Shown: piece by piece, positions 26,211-45,911 of the stretch
Position numbering within the stretch: position 1 is the stretch's first letter
Layout of the letters: each line of letters starts with the position of its first letter
Origin: Trichinella spiralis
Lineage: Eukaryota
Length of the DNA stretch: 64,000 bases
Direction of reading: 5' to 3'
Assembly (NCBI RefSeq): GCF_000181795.1
Contig: NW_003526941.1
Span: 6,249,422-6,313,421, forward strand
The notes under the pieces: model-generated
The model's input: only the letters and a program-made list of their open reading frames with translations
The model's database searches: none
What the model was told of the DNA's origin: nothing
Made by a program: the position numbers and the translations under genes

Positions 26211-27076
26211 ATCGAATTACAAAAAAATAATAATTATTGTTTTTCTTTCCACTAAATATCTTCAATTGTAAAAATTGAGTTGGCCAAATTATACGGAATA
26301 AGTGAAAACTAGAGAAAAAGCTCGTTTAAAGCAAACAATCCGCATCATCGTCACCAACATCCGCATGAGTTGAGCGAACGAACGGCTGCTGTATTTGTCG
26401 AACGCGCGCTTATAGACGACCAGTTGCTACCTAAATTGAGAAGCCCATCGACTGTCAAAAGCGATCCAACCACCACGCTCACGCTCCAATTGTTTGCTCT
26501 GCTCCCACGTGAAATGGCCAATCAATTATCATTATACACAACAATCAACCTACAATTTATTATAAATGCCGGAAAAGCCGAGGGCTGCTTATGCACATCT
26601 ATATTACACATTAAATCGTTCTGTTCAATATTGCAGATTAAATTGCCCGTAAAATTTATCACGTATAAAATTTTAAAAAAAAAAACTTAATTTACTTATA
26701 ATAATTAATAACCAATATTGAAAACATACGATCATTTCTCTTCCTTGAAGCACACTTGCCAAAACGGGAAGTAGAATTTATGCGGTAACAAAATGCGGTA
26801 AAAAAGGAAGATGGGAGATAAAAATTTTTTTTAAAAAAGAAAACAATAAGACAAACAAATGTACATACTTACATACGTGTGTGTATGTGTGTATGTATTT
26901 TTAACAAAAAAATACAACACTACATGTCCAAGTAGTTATTACTTTCAAAGGAAAAATGCATATGAATGAAATTTTTCATTCAGTTTACACTGAGAATAAG
27001 GAAGAAAAGGGGAGGGGAGGAAAAAAAATTTATGTTTAAAACATCCATTATTTAGCTTTTCCATTTGAGAGATAAA

Positions 27077-35771
<8,695 letters not shown>

Positions 35772-38028
35772 TTTTGAAGCAATAATATGATAAAATATGG
35801 ACTAGGTTTATTAAAGGGCAGCATTTGAATTCTGTGATAAGAAATGAAACAGCAGGTTGTCAAACTCATTACTTAGGCTACAGTTCATGATTTGCACGTA
35901 TAATTAATTTGAACTGTTACAGCATCTGAAGATACTATTCGATAAAAAAAACATTCATTATTAAATATTACTTAGAAAATATATTAAAATAATTATTAAA
36001 AAATTATTTGTTTTTTTGCTTTAAATTTTTTATTATTAAAAATTAACTTACAAAACAGATCGTTAAAAAATTATGTAAATTGAAGTATAATAATTTTATT
36101 CAATTTTTAAAGATATTTTTTTGAAATATAAAATGTAAATTACTAGGGTGATGTAATATAAACAGTTTGTTGTATTCGATTGAACAAACAACACGTATTA
36201 TGCGTTTAGAGAACATATTCAGACTGTATTGCATTTTTGTTATGTCATACACCAAATTTGTCAACATGTGCATTTCTTTCATATTTTTGATAACAGTACG
36301 TGACTGGCCGACCAAAATAGCCATCAAGTATCACTTCGAGACTTCCGTAGAAGCGACGAATTTGTTGCCAACAATTGCCACAAATCAATCATTTCGTATT
36401 CGCCAACAAAAGCAACTAAATTTAGTGGACAATAATCAATGCTCTTCTTTTTTACAAAAAAAGAAAAATCAACGCAGATCACTCGATTTTCCAAGATTAT
36501 ATCACATTTCCGGTTGTGAACTTCTTTCAACTAAATAAATTCAGAAAAATTTATTTTTCTCATATAGGCCAATAAAAGAAGGCTTAATTAAACATCCCGC
36601 TTAAGATACAACTCAACTGTGCTCACAAAGTCATCTAAACGAATAAGCATTACACATTATACGCTGATACTGTAGATAATGATTTCCAAGTTTATATATT
36701 TTTTTACTACAGCCTTCTGGAAATTGTTTGTCTAGATAAAGTTCATCTGTAAAATTGACTAAAAGTAATAAATTCATATAATTATTTAACTATTAAAGTG
36801 TTTATTTAAGTTGAAAATTTAGTTAATAGTATTAATAATGTAGTGAATTTTCAGTAATAGCAAAAATAAAATTTAAAAATATTATTACATATTAATAAGT
36901 AAAATGGCTTTTAATCTTGTTTAAAATATTTATAACGATCTGTACATTTTTTACATTATTGCGTATAAGTTAATTTGCATTGTTATGCACAAGTTTGAAT
37001 TGGTGCGAACCTGAATTCATGTCATTTTCAAAACCGGCCGGCCGGAATGGGCGGTAAAATGTCTTCCTTCTGAATGACTGAACAATCGAATTGCATTTCA
37101 CAGGTAAATTAGCATGATTTTAAATCAATGATTAAGTGAGGTTTTCGTTTGCTTTTTATTAAAATGATCTTTTATAGCAACAGTAGCATTTTGAATTAAT
37201 AAAAGAAAACGTTTGTTAGTCAATTATATTTCACTTTTTATCGAGATGAAAACTTTCCTTCTTGTTAGAACACCTATTGATTCATGCATTTTTCATCTGT
37301 AGAAAAATTACCAAAATAAAAGCATTAGTATAAAAAGCAAAAAAAAAGAATTAAATTGTAGTAATAATGGAAATTCATACGTATGAATTATTGTTATTAT
37401 TCGGCTCATTTAACCACGAGACAGATCTGAATGCGTAATGTCATGCGAATAAGATGTGTATAGTGGAGAATGTGAAAAAAAATTTTTTTAATTGCTTCGC
37501 ATAAAGATTTTATATTGAAAATTTTACAGTATAACATTTTAATTTTGATTTTTTTTCTTTATAGCATTTCAATGTACAACCCATCAATGAATTGAAACTA
37601 CAACAAATCTCAAATGGCCGCCTTCGACTGTCAATTTCAATACGACAATTGGTAAGTGTTTTTTTTCTCTTTCATATTTGTCTTGGACTGAATTTGATTT
37701 TGTCAGTAGTACGTTTTGACTGTTTGATATTTTCGTTAAACACTTTTCCACAAAACAAGACACAAGGATTAAACCGGTTTTGTGCAAAGTGTTGAAGAAT
37801 TGTAATTACTGTAATGCCACTGTAACGCGCAGGATGAATTTCGAAATTCGCATTCGTTGTTCGTGTTAATTTTGTGTTTATTTTAATCGGTACGAGTTGT
37901 AAGTTAAAAAAAATGAGAAAAAAGTATATATATATATATATATTTGTCGGCACATTCAAAGTAGACTTTTGAAATTTTGTACGAAGACAGTAGTTGGTGA
38001 AGATTTGAATTTTCTTTTCATGTTTTGG

Positions 38029-39138
38029 TCAAGTGTCAATTCTTGTTGTTCTGCTTGTACTGTCCAACATGAGCGTAGTTTGGCACTGGAACCTTCTGGG
38101 TAGGAACATGGACGCGAAAGTGGTGCGAAATTGGGAGCTCATTATGCAGAGCAAGATGAAGTTGGCGTTACAGTTGATCAAGGCGAGCAGGTCGAGTAGG
38201 TCGCCCACTTTGGGGTATATTTTCGCGTATATTTCGGCCGGGAAGATGCCGCTGAGCGTGGCGACGATCGCCTGCGGTATTTCGGTTATTAAAAATATCG
38301 ACAGTATGGTCACTAAGAGTTTGGTTGTTGAACGGCTTATGTAGCGGACCGGCTGTTGGCGTTTGTTGTTGCCGAAAATGCGTTGCTTTTTCGCCTGTGC
38401 TTCGCTGAGAAATTTGACCAACGACAAAATGGAGACGAACAAAATCACGCATGGGACCAATTTGAACGGAAATCCGTTGATCCAGAATGTGGTTTTCAAT
38501 AAGAAACAGTCGCCTGCAATGGCCAACTGTGAAGGCATGAGCGTGTATCTGATCGACGCGTTTTCTGAATGCTCTTTGCATGGGACGGTCTCTTGGACGA
38601 CGGTGAAAGTCAACGCATGCGGTATTGATAGTATGGCTACGGAGATGGCCAAATAGCAGAACAATTTTCCAATGAATCTTGTGGTCAAAAACAGACTGAC
38701 ATCTTGGGTACGTCGTATGACGATCAGACGGACCAAGGCGAACAGTGCAGCTAACCACAGGCTAATTGTATGCAAGACAACGCTGAAAAGGGCGTGCAAT
38801 AGTAGGAACCAAGTCCAACTGTACGTGTAGATGAAATGAGAGCATTGTTGGACTACGACAAAATGTGCCACGTAGACAAGGTACAAAACCATCAGACCCA
38901 TATCGATCAGTGCGATGATTGCCAAGAACATGTTGCTGGCACTGCGCATCTGGCGCCGCGTTAAAACTATACAATTTAATATGTTGGTAACAATACCGAA
39001 CAGGCAGAGAACAATACAAAGATGACCATGCACAGCTTGGTATTGTTGGTGGAATTGATTGATCACATTCAAAAATATTTCACTCACATTTCCGGTCAAT
39101 AATTTCGACTGAGAAAACGAGCAAATTTCGTCAATCAT
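38029..39138 (-). CDS. Rhodopsin-family neuropeptide GPCR, DMSR/myosuppressin-receptor-like, intronless CDS
   Basis: 369 aa with 7 hydrophobic segments. Family-type motifs: NILNCIVLTRRQMRS, LHTISLWL, FKLVPCVIL, TTKLLVTILSIFLITEIPQ, GDLLDLLALINCNANFIL, MSSQFRTTF. Confidence 0.9.
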   Translation of the reverse strand: MIDEICSFSQSKLLTGNVSEIFLNVINQFHQQYQAVHGHLCIVLCLFGIVTNILNCIVLTRRQMRSASNMFLAIIALIDMGLMVLYLVYVAHFVVVQQCSHFIYTYSWTWFLLLHALFSVVLHTISLWLAALFALVRLIVIRRTQDVSLFLTTRFIGKLFCYLAISVAILSIPHALTFTVVQETVPCKEHSENASIRYTLMPSQLAIAGDCFLLKTTFWINGFPFKLVPCVILFVSILSLVKFLSEAQAKKQRIFGNNKRQQPVRYISRSTTKLLVTILSIFLITEIPQAIVATLSGIFPAEIYAKIYPKVGDLLDLLALINCNANFILLCIMSSQFRTTFASMFLPRRFQCQTTLMLDSTSRTTRIDT

Positions 39139-39150
39139 CTTCTGAGTGGT

Positions 39151-39176
39151 GGGTTTGGGAGGGGCGGGGCGGGGGG
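39151..39176 (+). promoter_or_regulatory. G-quadruplex-forming motif just 5' of the GPCR start codon
   Basis: GGG-TTT-GGG-A-GGGG-C-GGGG-C-GGGGGG on the + strand, in an AT-rich background. Confidence 0.5.
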
Positions 39177-41461
39177 CGCTGTATTTTATTGTTTATTTGG
39201 TTGATTGTCTCAAATTTTGATTTTCTCTTGTTTTTCAGTCAATTTTCTCGCAAAGATTTTGATGAGCATTGTAATTTGCATTCCTGAAAAATAAATATGC
39301 ACTGGTTTTCAAGAATAGTAGGAAAATTGACAAATTTCATTTGACAAAAGAAAAGAACATTCTGTAAAGTTATATTATGGTTAAGAGAGAAAAAAAATTA
39401 ATGTGCACAGTTTTGATTCTTGTTTACCGTGAACGTGAAACATTTCTTGGTAGAAGATTGAAATTGATGATCAATTTTTTTTATTCTCCAAAACTAATTT
39501 ACTAATTGGCTTGTTGTGTGGTTTTTGTTGTTCTGAGCTAATATTTCTCTGATCCCAGGTCTGTTGCATATCATCGCATTTATTGAATGAAAAAAATTTT
39601 GAAATTTGAAAAAATTATTTACTCATAAGCATAAACATAAACGTTGTTGGCAGGTTTGGTTGCGAGTTTGCGAATTGCATAATTTGCAAGTAGCATGCTG
39701 AGAGCAGTCGAATTACAATTTGGTAAATCAATGCTGTTGTCCTCTGCAGACGATTCGATCGTCATACGCAATAATTTCTTTGTGAATAATCATTCTTCTT
39801 ATATTCTAATTTTGTCTAAAAGAGAGTTTTGTTTTTCCATTTTCTTTCTTTATTATTATTATTAATTTATAATGACAATAATTATTACCTGAATTTGCAA
39901 TTTTCAAATATGAATGAATGAAATACTTTTTCATCCGATCTTAGTTGTAAGTTTTACAACAATAGTACTGGAGATTAATGAATTTTTCCTTTCTTTGATG
40001 ATTGAATTAATTTGAACTGGATCAATAAATAATTTTGATAAATATTGTATTTTTACTTTACAATCTCATTTGTTCAGTTCTATTTATGAAATTTATTGGA
40101 AATGATGTATGTCATTGCGTTGGTCTTTTTAAAAGCTAATTGCAATTATTAATGTGTTCACATGATAAAGATTGAATTTTCAACTGACATATGAGTTCAA
40201 TTCTGCTCACTAATAATAGATTTAGCCAAGGCAAGTATCTGTGTGTCCTCTGTGTACAAGTATTTTATTAATTAAGAATACTCCGGTTGGGTTGAAAATT
40301 GATTGTATGCAATATATATTTTATCAAGTTTTATGATTTTCAAATGAAGAGTTTTGTAATTGATGATAACAGAAAATGATGATATTTTTTTAAATTGTCC
40401 ACATTTCAGTATTGTTATTAAATGTTTTGTTCAAATATAATTTAATAAAATGAACAAATGACACTTATCTCGCACGATAATTTTTATCCAAATTCAGATT
40501 ATTTTGTCTTATATAAAAAAATTCACTATTGAACTTTTCATACAGTTAACAAAGTAGTTATTATTATTATTTTGTTTGTTATTTTTCTACTGATGTTGGA
40601 AAGAGCCTGGCAAATGCAATTTTTAGTTTGGAATTTGATTTACGCAAAATTGCAACTCAGTAAAGGCAATGAAATTACCAGTACATTTCTTTCACTTTAC
40701 CATGTTTTTTACATTTTTAGTTAAACAAATTTTCCTGACCAATGAGCATTATTTCTACAGCAGTGGGGGGAAATTAAATTTTTGAAAAAGAAACATATTT
40801 GTAAAGCCGTGTATTGACTGACATTTCCCTCTGACAAAATGTTCATCATTTCCTCACGCTGAATTTTGTCAAATTTGCATAATTCACTCTGACAAATCAG
40901 TGCATTTTCTTTTGTTCAACTGTTCGATCAGTTCGAAGATGAAATGAACTGGGAAAACGATTGTGTGTATCAATTTTTTAGAAATGAAATTTTATTTTTT
41001 TGAAAATATTGTTCGATATTGTTACAATTCGATCAACTTGTTATATAATCAAGGGAAGTAATTTCCTTCATCTGTGGAAAATGTACACGTCTACTACTCT
41101 CTCCCTCATTCTCTTCTCTGCAAGATGTTTCAAAAAATTTCTATTGAAAATTATTATTTTTCTTCTGTTTTGATTTCTTTTTGACAGTAATAATTTTCAT
41201 AATTTCGTTGAAATAAAATTCAGGTTAATTTTTTTTTGAAAAATTGTATAATCTGCAACGGGCCAGTGTTCAAAGTTGAAGCCCCTTATTAGGCAGAACT
41301 CGTCGGTTATCAAGTAAATTGTTTCCTCTACAAATAAAATGGCGCTTATTTCTATCCTGACAAAGTTGGTTAATAAATGCAGATAAAATCAATTATTCAT
41401 AATTATTATAATTTTCTGAACGATGAGGGGAAAAAAGAGAGCAAAACAAAAGTTGTACGTC

Positions 41462-41497
41462 ATAATAATAATAATAATAATAATAATGATAATAATA
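41462..41497. repeat. (AAT)n microsatellite, one interruption
   Basis: Read directly. Confidence 0.85.
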
Positions 41498-44400
41498 AAA
41501 AGTATGAATTGAAAAATTTGTAAACTTCGTGACCGTGGTGATGTGCTTTGCATGGAATAGATAATCGATATGACGGCTCTATTTATAATCGTAGTCGTTT
41601 ATCTTTACCGTCCGTGTGTTTAGCTTTGCGTGTTTATCGAGAAATCGCGATTCAGTTTGAGAAATGAGAACATGAAAATCACACCAACGTGGCTAAGATA
41701 TTGACAGTGATCCTCGTTCGATTTATTAATCAACATTTTATTCAACTCCCCAATGGAAATTTCTATTTATTTATTTATTAAATTTCATCAATTTTTGAAA
41801 ACTAGTTTGAAAATGTATTTTTTTTGTTTTATTCTACATGTAATAATAGAATTATTCATACAAATATATGTATATGTATAAGTACATGCAGTTTCTAGCA
41901 GACAGTTGCAAACTACCTTTTTGATGATGATGATGATGCATGTCCAGCGTTCTTAAAATACTTTGCCAGCTTCATTAAAGCAGTGCCATTTTGCTAATCA
42001 CATTTCAAGATAGCGCACGTTATATATTTAATTTATACGAAATGAACGAGAGTTGAAATTAAACGTACTTTCTGACGTGTTTTAAAGAATTGAATAAGAC
42101 GACCAACGTTCCCCATTGAAAAATGCATATTAAAAAATTTTTCAAATCAACAAAATCCACCATAAATGAATTTATTCATTTGTAACATGCCTTGAATTTT
42201 AATTTTTCTATTCTTTTCTTTTGTTATTTATTGACTATTGAAATTGAGATCATATTTTACATTTGAACATTTTTTATTATTGAATAACCGGAAGTGATTC
42301 AAAATTTTGTTTAGTTTGTGGAAATTGCAGTTTTTTTGTAATTTTAATTATTTATTATTCGCTAAATTTTTGACAACGCACGTCTGTTGCTAATTTGGCC
42401 TGTTGAACCACTTCAAATTCGACTGTAACAATTCTTCTGAACAAATGAGCGTCGATAAGAAAATTTGCATAATGCGATGAACCAACCAATTGTACCGTTG
42501 TACAATGTCGATAATGGCAAATGTAGATATTTTCAGTTTTGTTTAGTGAAGATAGGAGGGAGAAATGGGAATTTTATTTTATTTTATTTTTTATTATTAT
42601 TCTTTTAAGATCGATCTTTAACTAGATGAGAAATTGAATACAAATGACGCAGTTCGTCACCTATTGAATCAATCGGCGTGTTCTTTTTATTTTGGAAAGT
42701 AAATAAATTATAGATGAATTATTTCTTATGTTCCACTTATAATATGGGCATAGTTTTGCAGATGCAAATTATATATAGAAGATGATCAAGGCACGTTCTT
42801 TTTAAAGAATATAAAATTACTTTATTGAGTTGAAGATGAATTTAGTACCGTTTCAGGGAGGAATCGATAGTGAAAATAAACTTGAGACATTTTGTTAAAT
42901 AAAACGAATATTCACATTTTTGTAAAATTATTAATTTTTGAATGGAAATTTATCATTTTGTAAATTAAGTGTCGTTACAATATGACCTACAACGTCTGAA
43001 TATGATAAGTAAGATGATATTACAAGTTTATAACTTCTACAAGTATAGTAGAACATAACTTCACTTACATTGTTCTTTTTCCACGTGATGTGATGTGATA
43101 TGGTATTGGATTTTGACGAAAGAACAGCTAGCTGTTAATAATGTACATTATATTTGAGATTTACATTAGAGAATATCTTCACAGCTGTCAGTCAGGTCGC
43201 AGAAGTTTTCAACAAGTTTAAGAACTTTCAGCTTGCTATCTTACTGGAAGAACAAGTAGAATATGAATGCGAAAAGCTTAATGAAACAGATTATTGTTGT
43301 TGTTATTATTAGTTTTATAGCTCAAGTCGGATTTGTGAAACTTCTTGAAAACGCATCTCCACACTGCAAATGCACATGATTCTGAAAATTTGTACCCAAA
43401 CTTTCCCTCCAACTGATTCACTTTTCACTTGCGCCATCTGGTGTGATTCGAATGTCAGCATTGGCTTTTAATATTTACCTGTTTCTTACTGTTTTATTCA
43501 CTTTAACGTTGATATCAATCAGTCAAAAGAAAGTCAAAGGGGGAAAAGGCAAATTTGGTAAAAAAAAAGAAGGACATAAATATACATGTATTTCTGAAAT
43601 TGATAACATTTTTTCTTTTTTTCTCAATTTCAAGAGAATTATTTTTCATGTTTATAATATTCACCGTACGATCATTTATTATCAACCGTCGCGTTGTTTA
43701 GCTCCGATCATGAAGATTAACAACAGCAGATATATTTGCATTGAATGTGATAAAGAAAATAAAGTACACATAATGGGTATATTTAAAGTTTAAAACGAAA
43801 ATTGAAGTCGAGCTTAATAAAAAAGATAAAAAAATGAAGATGTAAACAACTGTGAGCTCGAAAACGTAGATTTTGTGCTCTAGTTGCGCTGAGATAAATA
43901 AATTAAACTCAGTTGTGCAATAAAATTGCTGTACGTTGGCGATTCTAATCTAAGTCAACTTTCCTTCCTGTGGGAGATTTTTATTGAATTTGACTCTACT
44001 TTTATAAAAAGCAAATCTGCCTCTCTGTTTCAGGATCTTTGTTTATTTATTTGCTATTTTTGAGAAAAAATTTAAGCTCCATTTATTAATGGGTTAGATG
44101 CAGATATTTTGGATTGGATTTGAAAGCATTTTATTTAAAATCATCATGCATCAATGGAAAGAAACAAATCAATGATATTTGTGTTAGTAGTCGAAAAATT
44201 ATGTATATATATATTCACAAACAGCAGAGTTTCTTACCAGCAAAGCATTTACTTACTAGAGCCAAATCTTTTCAGCGTCAGTAATTTTTTTCCATTTGCT
44301 TTGACAAAGAAACGCTGCTTGCTCTTTTGTAAATATACTTCTTTTATATAATATTTATTTAACCAAAAAATTAATTAAATTCAAACGCTCAAGGCTTTCA

Positions 44401-45742
44401 CTTGGCTTTATTGTATGCAATTTTATGGAAAAATGATGTTCATTTTCAATTTCACTCGTATATATTTCCTCTACTTCGATACAATGATGATGATGATAAA
44501 TTCAACACTTCAAAAAAGAAATATATTATAATGCTAATGAAGATATTGTTTTCATTTTTTTCAACTATTTTTAAATTGTAGTTGATAATTATTTCTTAAG
44601 AAAAAGTTCTTCGTGATTAATATAAGAAAGAATAACAATCGTTATTTTTTTCCATATATTTTCGTCATTCATTTTTATTTTTTATATATTAAATGAATAT
44701 TTATTGCTGCTGAAAGCAATAAAACATTTATCAAGAGTATTTTTATTGAGAGAAGAAATTTGCAAAAATAACACAACAACATTCCATTATATTTACTTTT
44801 ATATTAAAAAATTGCTCTTAAAAAAATTCATTGATTTGTTTATATTTTTGTTTATTTATTTATTTCAATTGGCGTCTGGGTGCATATAGAATGCACAGAA
44901 TCTGAGATCAGTGGCAATAAAGAAAAACTTTGGCGGTCTCTCTCTCTTTTTTTCCCACATTATTCCTGTGATTTAAAATCTGTTGGGAGAGATTAAAGTG
45001 TGTAATGTAAATTTCAAATGAAAATTGACAGTTGTTTGTGACGGCTCAATGTTGTACAATTTAAACAACGAGTAGTGAAAATCTACAGCAATCAACCTTT
45101 CCCTGAGGAATTCACATTTTCTCCTGTTATATATGTATACTATCAAATATTCAAAATTTCATTCGAAACTTCATTTAAGTACTTTTCATAAAGGAGATTT
45201 AATGAATTTTTATATTAAAGAAAAAATGATAAATTTTTGAAATAATAAAAAAGAATTATACAATGCAATATTGCTTTGCAAAGATTTAATTTTTGAAAAA
45301 ATTAACCAAATATGAATTTCTCATCTTTTAGCTTCCTTTAAATCGAATGTCCATTTTATTTGCTTGTAGAATTTTTCAAATCGAACTGTAATTTTAAAGG
45401 TTGTGATAAATTTGAATTTTCATAATGAAATTCTCCCATTTATATTCAGTTTTTTATTTATGCTGGATAAACAAATAGAGAAGAACGTGGATTTCTTGTA
45501 AACAATTGACATTCATTTCCTCAATTACTATTATTTCATTTATGTAAAAGTGGAAACGCGAAATTTAATAATTCATCTGAAAAGTGATTTAATTTTTCTA
45601 CATTTAAAGGAGAAGCTTTATTTATTACAGAAGAACATTATATATTGATGAATGGTAAATTATGTAGCGAAGTTTTGGTGGCAATTGGCAAGAGATTCGA
45701 GCAACCTATACACGCAGCTTTTCAGTAATGCTTTAACTAATT

Positions 45743-45911
45743 AAAAGGTTTTCCCGCCACTGCACGGCAGGGATGCTCGGTGGACAAGGAGAAGTTCCTG
45801 TTGCTTTGAAACAATTGTTCAATCTGCTGTCCATTGCTTCTTGTGCGACATGGCTGGCAACGTCATTTGCCAGTTCCCTGGGATTTATTGATCTTATTAA
45901 CATGCTAAGAT
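45743..45911 (+). ncRNA. Candidate structured small RNA with Sm-like site (snRNA-like; U11-like is one hypothesis)
   Basis: GC-rich island in AT-rich intergenic DNA. Nested complementary segments CAGGGA/TCCCTG, GGTGGACA/TGTCCATT and GCTGGCAA/TTGCCAGT, followed by ATTTATTG and a terminal hairpin ATCTTA/TAAGAT. Confidence 0.3.
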
